In this document: positions 1-14,529 of the stretch, piece after piece | Layout: every line of letters begins with the position of its first letter | Position numbering within the stretch: position 1 is the stretch's first letter | NCBI GenBank assembly: GCA_040143965.1 | Contig: JASJQH010000041.1 | Location: 1-39,616, forward strand | Direction: 5' to 3' | Length of the DNA stretch: 39,616 nucleotides | From: Basidiobolus ranarum | Taxonomy: Eukaryota | Translations under genes and position numbers: made by a program | The notes under the pieces: model-generated | Database searches by the model: none | Seen by the model: only the letters and a program-made list of their open reading frames with translations | Told to the model about the DNA's origin: nothing

Positions 1-1236
1 TCCGAGGATGGTTTAGAGGAAGCTGTAGTAGAACAGTTGGGAAGATACACTACAGTTGATCTAAAATCTTTAACTCCGGCTGAGTTCACTTCGACAAAAC
101 GTGAGGAGCTTGCTAACGATGTCGAGATGGATGATGTTGAAGTTAATCATCAACGTATAGAAGAGATCAATGACGAAGAGCTTACTGCTAAGGAAGATGA
201 AATAGCGCCGTTGGAGGAATGTAGTTTGGAAACACCTGTAAAGAAATTCAAGAAGGCTGACCCCAAACTGTTCGAAATGAAAATCAGTAGCCAAGCCTCT
301 GGTCGTAGTATTCCAGCCAACTTTACCTTGACCAACATTATTACTTTGGGTAAAAGAAGACAGGATGTAGATGAAGCTAAGGAAGTAACCAGTCTACCTT
401 TCCTTAAACTTGGGGATACGATCATATGCGAATGGGAGCGTGAAGTTGCAGATTATGTATTTGATAATGCCAAGAATGAGATGGATACTGATGATAATAG
501 GCGTGGACTCTGGAGTACATTCGAAATATTCCAAGACCCTAATGAAAGTCCAATCGAAAAGTCACAAGAGAAAAAAGACATCACTCTTGATGATTGTTTA
601 GAAGAGTTTGTAAAGGAAGAGCAACTGGGTGAGGATGATCCTTGGTATTGTCCCAACTGTAAGAAACATCAGCAGGCTTTGAAGAAGTTTGATCTGTGGC
701 GGTTGCCCGATTTTTTGGTGGTTCACTTGAAGCGTTTTTCACATACGCGTAGCTGGCGTAACAAAATTGATGTCCTTGTAGATTTCCCGGTCAGTGACCT
801 TGACCTGTCGCCTCGAGTGTTAAGCGAGAGTAGTGAGACAAATGGTATGGTGTACGACCTATATGCCATTTCAAATCACTACGGTGGTCTAGGTGGCGGC
901 CATTACACTGCGTATGCTTATAACTATGAAGAGGAGCGGGGGTACCATTATGACGATTCTATGGTTGAGCCAGTAGATGTAGAATCCATCAAAACCACCG
1001 CAGCATACCTTCTTTTTTACAAACGCAGGGGTGCTGAAATTCACCTTCCTGATCTTTCTAAAATTGAGCAGCAAAAGGAGCAACTACCAGCTAATGGTCA
1101 TACCGACCAAATGCAGCTTACACCATTTAACCCTAGCCTTGGGAATTCAGACCATATCGAGTATAGTGATGAGGAGTTAGACAAGGATATGGAAATATCT
1201 ATGTCGGATAGTAGATCAAGTCCTGATTTTATGTAA
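1..1236 (+). CDS. Ubiquitin C-terminal hydrolase (peptidase C19, Ubp12/USP4/11/15-like), 5'-partial
   Basis: Frame is open from base 1. Contains TLDDCLEEF..EEQLGEDDPWYCPNCK, LPDFLVVHLKRF, His box YDLYAISNHYGGLGGGHYTAY, YDDS and AAYLLFYKRR. The Cys box lies upstream of the window. Confidence 0.95.
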   Translation, partial: SEDGLEEAVVEQLGRYTTVDLKSLTPAEFTSTKREELANDVEMDDVEVNHQRIEEINDEELTAKEDEIAPLEECSLETPVKKFKKADPKLFEMKISSQASGRSIPANFTLTNIITLGKRRQDVDEAKEVTSLPFLKLGDTIICEWEREVADYVFDNAKNEMDTDDNRRGLWSTFEIFQDPNESPIEKSQEKKDITLDDCLEEFVKEEQLGEDDPWYCPNCKKHQQALKKFDLWRLPDFLVVHLKRFSHTRSWRNKIDVLVDFPVSDLDLSPRVLSESSETNGMVYDLYAISNHYGGLGGGHYTAYAYNYEEERGYHYDDSMVEPVDVESIKTTAAYLLFYKRRGAEIHLPDLSKIEQQKEQLPANGHTDQMQLTPFNPSLGNSDHIEYSDEELDKDMEISMSDSRSSPDFM

Positions 1237-1596
1237 TTTCTTGTACGTAAAATCCACAACAAGGGAAACTATTGTCACCACCAAGTTCTATTTATCAGCA
1301 CCTTATGACTATAATATTTTGCCAAAATCTCTGTACTAATCATATATAAAAATATATTAAAGACTTATTCAACCTTCACTTGCTATACTTTGTTATATTA
1401 GTAGCCTGAAATCACATCATGACGTTGAGAGAGCAACTAGAGAAGAGATTCAAAAAAAATCATTAACTTTTATTATGTTAAGGGCTGGGATTCGAAGACA
1501 TATGTCTAGCATTAGTTTAGTTTAGTTCTATACCAATTGTTTACGTTCCAGGCAGATCAACAAAAAACAAAACAAATATCCATGTTGGTAGAATGG

Positions 1597-4500
1597 TTAT
1601 TCATCAGAGGCCAAATTGCCAGCATTTCTTTCTATCCAATAGTCATTGGTAAATCTCCAAATCCTCGATCTTGTATCGCGATCTTGATCCTCAATAAACC
1701 ACCTTGGATGCCACTTCGATTCATTCGGCATTGGCCGTTTTTCAAGTTTTTGATTTTCCAATCTGCTTTTTTCAATCTGCCCATTTTCAAAGTACCTTAT
1801 ATCTTGTCGTAATCTAGAATCGGTATCGGGTAAATAAGGAATTAGTCCAATCGCGAGTTCATTTAAAGATATCATAAACTGGGAGATTAAGCTTTGATGA
1901 CTCTCATTTCGCCAGAGTAACGTCACAGGTGTACTGGTCGACGGTATGGTGCAGGGACAAATATCACTGGGAAAGTCACTTAAGGGATATTGATTTAAAG
2001 GCTTGATGTCTTCATCGAGGTCGATATTTGGAATCATTTTTCTAACCATTAGAAATTCGTTCCATTTCCCGTACATCTCCCACGTTATCTTACTGTCACT
2101 TGATGCAACATAGCCTTCAACGATGTTTAATTCCTCGTCTTCTAGAGAACGAGGTTTAAACGTCAGCAAGCACATTTCATTGGTGGTATGGTTCTTGATT
2201 ATCATCTCTCCATAATTCTCAACTTCCACGGAGCCCATGATAAGGTTATGAATTTTTGTTGTCACTCGGTTCCAGCTGTAGTGCTCTTCTTTCTTGGTTT
2301 TCGTTTGATGCTCTGCATCATCGTGATAAGAAGGAAGCTTTAAATATAGGTGACTAATACCTTCAGCCGAGACATCGACTGATTTTCCTCGGAATTTGCT
2401 CTTCAACTCCAGTTCTGAAAATATCCTGTAGTTCGCCGATTCGCAATGACTGGCACTAATGGGCTTTTCAACAAGAGATTGGTCAATATGTTTGATATTC
2501 TTAGAATAAGGGGTCTCAATCTACTTACTGGATTTGTACAGACTTGCTCCGACATGTACCGGTATCCTTTATCTCGGTTTACATATTCGAAGGTTTCGCC
2601 CTGGGAGAAATGTTGTAAGTATATCTAGCTTCAGAATGAAGTACTGGTTTCTTACTTACTAATAATGAATTGAAAGGCTTCCGAAACCGTTTATGAGTGC
2701 TTGCATAACTACTCATAGCAAATACTGTCACCCAAAGCAGGCGTTCAGTTGAGTCAACGTGTTTAACGGCAGTATCAAGTAGCTCACTGTATTCCATTTG
2801 TTCAGAGAATCTTTGTAGCGTTGAAAGAGGTTCGTGTAGCTGAATAGGAAAGTTTATCCTATGTAAGTCTTTTCCCATAGATCCTTTCATCACGGTCCAC
2901 AGCGAGACCTCTTGAATATGATAAACGGGGATCGATAGTATCTGTCGAAATTGTGCTGGATACCCACTACTTGACCGTAGTATATAATGGTTGGGGTTGT
3001 GGTTGAAATCCTGTAGTGCTTTTATCATCTCGCTGGTCAGTCCAGAGTCGGAGGCATCATAGTATTCCTCTTCAACATCACACGAAGGCTCAGGGTTAAC
3101 TCTGTATTCTACATTGCTTGCTTTTTTCATTACATCATGGCCGCCTGAGTTCTTAAATACCGACTGTAGTTGTTGGTTTTCGTCAGCTAAGGCTTTAAAA
3201 CTTTCGGTCCATAAATCTAACTGCCGAACCTCTCGACGATATTTTTTGGACCAATAAATCTCCCTTTCTGAAGCCATTCTTATTACATCGCTGATGTGCT
3301 TTCTAATCATCTTGAAAGAATTTCTCAACCAAACCTCCGTCTCCTTGTCCATCTCACAGTTTCTATACACTTTCTCCGTTTTATCGCGATGTCTTTCCCA
3401 TTCATTAAATACACTGGAGACAGAGCAATGATATTCCTCTGTGGTCGGTAGATCCAACTCCTCATCTGATGAATAGGAATAAGTAGATTCTTGAGTGGAA
3501 ATAGAGGATGCTCTATGACTCTGTTCTCGCACGCTACCAGTGGATGATGACTCCGATGCTTCTGGAGTACTAGATGAGCTACTCTCAGTACGTATGTCTC
3601 TCCTAACATCAGGGATTTTATCAAGGTTTTTCTTTGCACTTGCTTCCTCGAATTTTTGCTTAGATTTTGTCAATGCTAGTACCCATCTCTTTACTTCCAT
3701 CGCATGGTCAGCTCGTAAACGATATTTGGCTGTACCAGGGCCGACAATATCAAACCTGGTAAGATCATTCGGATCTATCCAAATTCGAGCATATCGAAGG
3801 TTGATGGCCCCTCTACAGGAGTTCTCGGCTTCATGACGGCTTTTATAGTAAGACAGAACTCCTAAAGAACTAAAAGCATTAGTAACATATATTATATTTT
3901 ATAGTCTAGTGAGCAGTCACCATTCTCTAGAATAAACCAGCGTCGCTTATATCCAGTAGTGAAACTCATCCATTTCATCAAAGTACCAGAGAGTCGAGGT
4001 TGGTGCTCAGACATATGGAGGCTTGGATCGTTTGGCACTAGAAATATTTGTAGTTCCATTTAGTATGAGGAATCATGGCAACAAAAGGAGGTAATTGGAT
4101 TATTGTACCTTCTTTTAAAACCCCTTTTACTCTATCACTTCTAGCGACATCAATTGGTAACTTTCCCATTCGATCTCTGGCAAATACATCAGCGCCTCGC
4201 TTCAATAACCAAATCACCAGTTCTACGTTTCCCAACCTGGCTGCTTCGTGTAGAGCAGTCGAACCAGTTCTGGGATCTTGAATGTTTAAATCCATTAGGT
4301 TTCGCGTACGATTGTTTTCGTAAAGTTTTGCTAGCCCAGCGAAATCCAATCTTCCTACATACTCAGCCACTCGTTGATTAATATATCTAACAAACTCTTG
4401 CCTGTTTTCTGCGGAAATCAAGGAGTTCCGGAACAATTAAAATATAGGAAAAGTAAGTAAATTGGCATAATTATTTTTTAAATCAAGGAAAATACCTTCG

Positions 4501-5022
4501 ATATATTGAATGATCTCTGAAGAATTGGACAGGTCAATCGCCTGAAATCCATCCTTATTTAGGTATGTGTCGTCTATGTCTGAATAGTTCATGAGTAATC
4601 TCACAATGTCTGATCGGCCAGATTTGGTAGCTAAATGTAGTGGAGTATTGCCATTTTGATCAGGTTGGTTTATATTCAGATTAAATTCCTCATTCAACAA
4701 AAATTCAATCATCGAGTATCCACTGCTCCCAATCGCTAGATGAATAGGGTATATTTTGTCTAAGCCACCTTCATTTCCACATGATTTCAATACCTTAGCC
4801 ACTCTCCCTCGATCTCCTGTGATAAATATTTATTCCAGTGCCATTTCAAACGAAAGTGCATAATAATTTACCTTCGCGTAATGCCTCCAACAATTGAAAG
4901 GTGAGAATTGCATCATTGATATCTGGGACTTTCACACCAGCTGCTTCTGTAGAGATATCTGGATAGATGGACTGATTTTCTTCATGTCCTAGCCTTGTTG
5001 GATGTTTTAGCCTCGTAGACAT
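1597..5022 (-). CDS. Oxysterol-binding protein, Osh1/Osh2-type (ankyrin repeats, PH, FFAT, ORD); about 7 exons
   Basis: Ankyrin repeats (GNTPLHLA, GSTALHEAARLG), PH domain (GTLMKWMSFTTGYKRRWFILENG/VLSYYK), FFAT EEEYYDASD, and ORD motifs (GKDLHRINFPIQLHEPLSTLQR, KPFNSLL/GETFEY, LPDTDSRLRQD). GT-AG introns join the exons in frame, e.g. 2464-2528. The start ATG at 5022 is inferred. Confidence 0.93.
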
Positions 5023-7291
5023 TTTAACTCCAGACACTCCTCTGAGGAACTGTGGGCTAGTTGGTAGCTCGTGATGTCAGACTAAGTTTTTGATTCTGTA
5101 CTACCTTCAGGAATTCCTGCGGGTAAGATCCACTTCCAATATGATACACGAAATGAAGTTATACAAGGCGGTGTATCCAAAATCAACCACAAAAATACTA
5201 TTGAGAGAAAGTAGAGGTGTATCCTTTTCTGTAAAGATCTCACAGAGGTATCGACGGTGAATTAAAGGGAAAGGTAAGTCAAATATTTGAAACAAGTGTC
5301 CGAACCACTTCTTAAGATGATGCCGAAATCTCAGGAGATGATTTTACAAATAGCATGCTGCTACCTTCCTACATAAAAATTTGCAATCAATAACATTGAT
5401 GTAAATTAAAATCATGTTAAATCTTATATTTTCCAAATATGTATTGTCCCACGTATTGCAAATTACTCCGCGAACTTAGATCCATATAAGGGGTGGAGCC
5501 CTGACTATTTTAGAGTTGTACCTTACCCTTTCGGAAGCAAATTGTAGCCACTTGTGTACTTAGATTAAGCTCTCTCATGCTTCATCCCAATCATTATCTC
5601 CTCCCTTACCCTAGGTTTTAATTCCCGTCTAATGAGTCAATCAGAAATCGCTCGACATCCCCATGCTAACAGGAGATAACACATCAGGAACCCTATTGAA
5701 TACCCCTCTATCAGTTAACCACATGCCTATTGAGGCTTAGATATATTCAGATAACTTTCATTACACTATCCTGCTTCGAAGTGTGGAGTATAATATCAGA
5801 TATATTTTCAAATGCTTTTTTCATTTACTGTAACAAATAATACATACCAGGAACTAAAACATACGTGCAGCCCAATATCCTTCACGAGATGGAAATTATC
5901 AGCTTTCATCCATAAAACTCCACACGTAACAAAGAATAAAAGGATAGTAAAATCACTTTACCAACCTTCTTTTTCTCTTTCATACAACATAAAATTAATT
6001 ATCAGGTGGAGAGCATCCAAAAGCAAGTCCTTACGTTTAATGGTGCCAATAAGATGTGGCACTATATTCCGGATTACAGCGCCTATCTGTAAACCATTTA
6101 TTATCTCTACATGAATACTCCAATATCTAACACAAACATGTTTATTATTCACCGTGCTATGAGTAATATAAAGCAGATTTCTTGAGTTAACCAGAAATGG
6201 GGGCATTGGCGATACACTGTATGGGTACAAGGATTCCTCAAAACTACAGGTTTTGTTCTTGTATTGCCATTGTTACTGACACATAAGAATTTAAAATAAA
6301 ATATTTACAATACTGGATTATACCTTGATGTACCTGTGACCCTTTGCTAAAGCAATTGCACATTACAGCGGACTCCACTTCGTCTGAGCGTAAATTAAAT
6401 CCACTATTAAACCAGGGGCGCTGCTCAGTAAATTATACCTATTACGACCATCGGAAAGTAACTCACTAAAAAGCACAAGAATTGAATCTACTCCGTTTCA
6501 TACAAACAAGGCGAAGTGATGCAATGTATCTAACTTCAGTGCTTGATAGAATTCCATTTGTTGTAACGATTGAAGGCTCTTACCGTTCTAGATGTTTTAT
6601 AATTTGTTAAAATGGATTTCAATAAATTTTAATGAAACGTTGAAGCAATTATTCAATGAAGATGAAATGAGACATGCTAGTAAATTAATATTATTGGATT
6701 GGATGTATATATTTACGGTTAAATCCAGTAAAGATAGCCAAGGATGATTCCAGCGAGTCAAAGTTGATGATTGCTTAGGTTTAGTTTAATGATATGAGTG
6801 ACCGTACACCCCACCTCTTGCTTGAAGCATGAGTAACCTACTCAAGTGTTTAAATGTCGAAGATCTTCAACGGACAAGCTAGATGTGTACATGTCATTAA
6901 CATAAACATTACATCTTAACACTTGGTATACGTCATCTAATGTGAGTCAAGATACCATTTGTGGTAAATAAGACATATGATCTGTACTATTTATAGACTA
7001 AATCGTAGTGTAGTTTAGAGCTGGGTGAATACTGTGACTGTCTAATTCATATAATTCGGTGTAATCAACTCAGATTTGATATCTAGAACTTAAGCGCTAT
7101 CAGTTAAAAATAGGTTTTTACTGTTTGGTAAAGAACGCAACGAATTAAGCAAAGAAACCATTGTTGAGGTTGTGCATGACTTCAATCACAACCTCCGAGC
7201 ACAACAGATGATAAAATTCAAATCATACAAGTTATACAGATTTGTTGAGGCATTCAGTATTTCAATAATAAGCATTTAGATGTGTTCACAT

Positions 7292-7741
7292 CTAGTAGGT
7301 TGCCCCATCTGCTGCAATGGTACCCAAGCAACAGCATTCGGCACATTGGACAGCACCACAACAAGCAAGAGTGTAGCAAGGACAACATAAAGGATTCTGG
7401 AAAGCACCACGACAACACCACCAAGTCAAAGCGAAGCAAATAATAATAAATAGAGCTATGGCAATACCAATTACAATCCAATGATACCCATGCCGTGTGA
7501 AGTTATTTTGCCGTTTCAAGAGGTGACTATGACTCTGATCTGTATCTTCAATTCCACCAGAGCTAACAAAAAGGAGGATTAAGAATAGCGCACTGAAAGC
7601 TCCCGCTATTAATTTTCTTCGGTGGCTGTCAAAAAAATTACATCCCACACGAGATTTGTGCTTGCAAGAAGGAGGAGTATGAATATCAATTTTAGTGGCG
7701 TCCGGTAGCTTAACAGGCTTATAAGAGATTGTTGAATCCAT
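7292..7741 (-). CDS. Small membrane protein with two hydrophobic segments and a Cys-rich C-terminus (hypothetical)
   Basis: 149-aa ATG-initiated ORF with TM-like LIAGAFSALFLILLFV and WIVIGIAIALFIIICFALTWWCC, then the tail CCPCYTLACCGAVQCAECCCLG. A TATAAAA lies about 90 bp upstream on the minus strand. Confidence 0.75.
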   Translation of the reverse strand: MDSTISYKPVKLPDATKIDIHTPPSCKHKSRVGCNFFDSHRRKLIAGAFSALFLILLFVSSGGIEDTDQSHSHLLKRQNNFTRHGYHWIVIGIAIALFIIICFALTWWCCRGAFQNPLCCPCYTLACCGAVQCAECCCLGTIAADGATY

Positions 7742-8082
7742 ATCAGCTACTCAAGAGATTCAAGATACTAGAGGAAGAATTGGTAAAGCAAGAAAAGTTG
7801 TTAGTGATAGGAAGATGTGTGCCAGTTTTATATCACAAGATTGAATATTATGTTTTTATGATGTAACATACATATTCCAACGTCATAAGATGAAATTACC
7901 AAATAAGGAAATATATATTTTTACTTGATACAATCATGAAGCTCTAATCATTCGGCTCTGTAATATATGGATTACAAAAGGCATAATGTGTGTTTATTGT
8001 GCATCTCATTATTGAACAAAAAACCACACGAAACAGGTACTTTTTTTGAGAATCTAATTTGGGAGGCTAAAGTAGTTGGTGA

Positions 8083-11393
<3,311 letters not shown>

Positions 11394-12261
11394 CTTTGCG
11401 AGTTTGAGTTATTTAGAAGAAAACAATAAGCTGTTGGTAGCGTAATCAATAAATAAATTCAAAGCTACTCTTCACTTGTTGGTTATTACCTTCGTCTTTG
11501 GTATTTTCCCTATGTAAACTGGCTTAGATAGTTAAAACTTGACCTATGAGATATCAAACAATTTGATATCCTAATTTATTCCTTTCAGCTGATCGTTTCA
11601 GGAGTGATATATTGACATAAATAAAATTTATCATCATACTAGCTTATCATGCATATTTGTTCTCTTCTCATAATCCAGCCTATTTAATGTTGGATAAAAT
11701 TTTACTTAATACAACATAAACATACTAAGCTTTAACTCGATCTGAGAAAATCTTAGAAACAAGATTTCTGAAAATTGACTTGGCATATTTGGAATCGATT
11801 AGAGTGATAATAAGAGAGCAAGAAGATCACTACCGTGCAACATGAAGCATGTGCCTGAAAAATTGAATGCGCGTAATTAAACTTAAATTACTCTTACATC
11901 CACTTCAACTCTTTGGCTAACCTTACAATACTCCATAAGTTGTAGCCGAATATTATATCTCGCATTTGAAAACAGGAGTATCGCTTAGAGATAACATCTC
12001 CCTGCCTTCTGAAGCCTCAGATTTACTATTTAATTATCATTTTCAATGAATTTATTACTACCGATGCTACTTGTAGCCCATGTTCCTATACTACTACTAC
12101 ATCTAGATATCTAATTATTCACACGCTACACAATCATATTCATTATTTATCTTCTGGATATTTCATTAGTGCCGCGGAATGAAGATCTCACAATTGTAGT
12201 GAAAATACATGTATATATTGGAAGTGTGAGGCATGTATCTAGGATTTTAAGAAATGAAGTT

Positions 12262-12600
12262 TGTTGAAATTAGCATTGACTAAGCACCTATATAGTCATA
12301 TATAGCTTAGTATTTAGCTATCTTATACTTCACTAAGATATTGCCCATTATTCTCAAAAGGAACTTAGAATATTTTTACCAACTTGGAAGTTCTCAGATA
12401 TATAGATTTTTCAAACTTGTGCTAGAAGCCGCAAACTTTGCACACATGTTCCTGGGATCTTTCTTAGCACACTCTACATGTGAGTTTGCTTACATCTTGA
12501 CAAAAGTATAAATGCCAATACTCCATAAATCAATAAGTGAAAACCACCTATTTCTCTAATTCTCCAAACCACTTCCAACAGGCTCCCAAATACTTTAACA
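12262..12600 (+). mobile_element. Solo LTR-like element, full length (339 bp)
   Basis: TGTTGAAATT...TACTTTAACA flanked by a perfect 5-bp TSD AAGTT (12257-12261 and 12601-12605). Internal TATAAAT and AATAA-rich tract. Confidence 0.88.
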
Positions 12601-12886
12601 AAGTTAAGGTGAGTTTGAGAGATCTATGAACTAATTCATTCTTGAGAAAAAAAAATGGGGCCATGCTCAGATTATCTGAAACCATCAATTTTGGAGTGTA
12701 GTGGAACTACTAAAAAATTTCAAGTTCAACTTTGCTAATTCTTGAACTAACAAATATCCAAGATATATGCTTCAATTACAAACTATGTGCAACTTGATAT
12801 AATAAAAGAAATAACTAAGTATATAAAGATAAAAATAAAATAAAATTATCAAAGTAGTCTGAATCAATATGTTCACACATAATTAT

Positions 12887-13387
12887 TGCTGAAGTATTTT
12901 TGGAGTTGTTGGAAGTGTTAATGGAAACTAGAGGAATTGGTGGTTTTCACTTATTGATTTATTGAGTAGAAATTTGGCTTTGGAATTTTGTCAAGGGGTA
13001 AGCAAATAAGCATGCAAAATATGGCAAGGAAGGTCTTATAAACATGTCTGAGAAGCTTGGGGCTTCTAGCAAAAGTTTGAAAAAGCTATATATCTGAGAC
13101 CTTATAAGTTGGTAGAAATATATATAAGATAATATTAGTATATAGGTATAGATAACTTGTGCTAGGAGCCCCGAGCATTGCACACAGGCTCCTGAAGCCT
13201 CCTCTAAAACATTCTACAAGCTGTTTTGTTTACATCTTGACAAAATTCTAAAGCCCAACTTTCAACTGAATAAATCAATTAGTGAAAACTACCAATTTTT
13301 CTAGTTCTCCAAACCACTTCCAACAGGCTCCCAAAATACTTCAACATATATGACTATATAGGTGCTTAGACAAAGCTAATTTCAACA
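12887..13387 (-). mobile_element. Degenerate or chimeric LTR copy (minus orientation), interrupted by another copy
   Basis: tgctgaagtattttggagttgttggaagtg...gtggttttcacttattgatttattgagtaga... matches the reverse complement of the family and ends ...gctaatttcaaca at 13387. Confidence 0.75.
13146..13346 (+). mobile_element. 5'-truncated LTR copy nested in the 12887-13387 copy
   Basis: aacttgtgctaggagcccc...ctccaaaccacttccaacaggctcccaaaatacttcaaca is the 3' part of the family consensus. The left boundary is approximate. Confidence 0.8.
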
Positions 13388-13877
13388 AACTTCATTTCTT
13401 AAAATCTTAGATACATGCCTCACACTTCCTATATATATATGTATTTCTCTACAATCATGAGATCTTCATTCCATGGCACTAATGAAATATCCAGATGATA
13501 GATAATGAATATGATTGTGTAGTGTGTGAATAATTAGATATCTAGATGTAGTAGTAGTATAGGAACATGGGCTACAAGTTTCAGCAATAATTAGGATATA
13601 ATTTGTATTTACAAACAACTTGTGATACTATTTTAGTAGCTGTATTCTTAAGAGAATATGGCTACTTATGTAGCAGAGAAATAAATCAATTGTTGAGATA
13701 CTTTAGAGCTTGTGTAGTATGATATAATAGGTAAATGGAGGTAACAAGGCATACTGGTTATATAGATATAGAGATATTCAAAGTATAGGGCTTATAGACA
13801 AATTGTTTTCTTGTTTCTGATATATATTAATCATAACTAAAGAAAACTAAGATGTTGAGAAAGGCTAGTTCTCCAAG

Positions 13878-13977
13878 AGTATAAATGTCAACTTGGACCC
13901 AATAAATCAGTAGGTTAAAACAACCTATTCTTCTAGTTCTCCAAATCACTTCCAACAACTTTCAAAGTACTTCAACA
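13878..13977 (+). mobile_element. LTR 3' fragment
   Basis: tataaatgtcaact...aataaatcag...ctagttctccaaatcacttccaacaac...tacttcaaca matches the family 3' end. Confidence 0.75.
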
Positions 13978-14209
13978 GCTTCCTTACCTCTCATATATGT
14001 ACCATATCTAAAGTTAGCTAATATAGTGAATAAACGTTACTTATCCAACCTTTATCAAGTGAACTCAATGATAGATACTTTAGAGCTTGAAGTTAACTTC
14101 ACTTCTTTGTGCTTGAAGTCAAACTATTGAGCAGCAATATCCACAATTAACAATAATGCATTGTTCTATTCAATAAAGCTATAAAGTTTTTAATTATTTT
14201 GGTAGTTTG

Positions 14210-14529
14210 TGTTAAATTATGTTAGAAGTTTGTTGGAAGTAGTTTGGAGAACTAGAAGAATTAGTGGTTTTCACTAGTTGATTTATTGAGTAGAAAGTCA
14301 GCATTTATAGTTTTGTCAAGACGTAAGCAAAAAAAAGTGTAAGATGTGCTAAGGAAGATCCCAGGAACATGCGTATAAAGTTAGGGGCTTCTAGCCCATG
14401 TTTGAAAAATCTATATATCTGAGAACTCTAAAGTAAATTTAGTTAGGTGATATTTTAGTGAGATATGGAATAGCTAAACACTAAGCTATATATGACTATG
14501 TAGATGTCTAGGCGATGCTTATTTCAACA
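14210..14529 (-). mobile_element. Solo LTR-like copy, minus orientation, diverged
   Basis: tgttaaa...tgttggaagtagtttggagaactagaag...ctaagctatatatgactatgtagatgtctaggcgatgcttatttcaaca. No clean TSD. Confidence 0.8.

Larger units (their letters stand above)
12069..13579. repeat. Inverted duplication, arms 12069-12302 and 13347-13579
   Basis: acttgtagcccatgttcctatactactactacatctagatatctaattattcacac... is the reverse complement of ...gtgtgaataattagatatctagatgtagtagtagtataggaacatgggctacaagt. Each arm has about 190 bp of flank plus the first 41 bp of the LTR. Confidence 0.9.

Noticed and set aside
5219-5228. GTATCCTTTT on the + strand (also GTATCCTTT at 2562) as U12 donors
   Set aside because: Both are antisense to the Osh gene or its upstream region, with no + strand exon context. 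Likely chance.
12959-13183. Short ORFs inside the repeats (also 21512-21703 and 36679-36879)
   Set aside because: They overlap LTR-like copies and are not conserved as ORFs between copies.
12262-14529. Recurrent ccaaaccacttccaacaggctccc motif as a CRISPR or tandem array
   Set aside because: Eukaryotic context; the motif is the 3' end of dispersed LTR copies in mixed orientation, without regular spacers.
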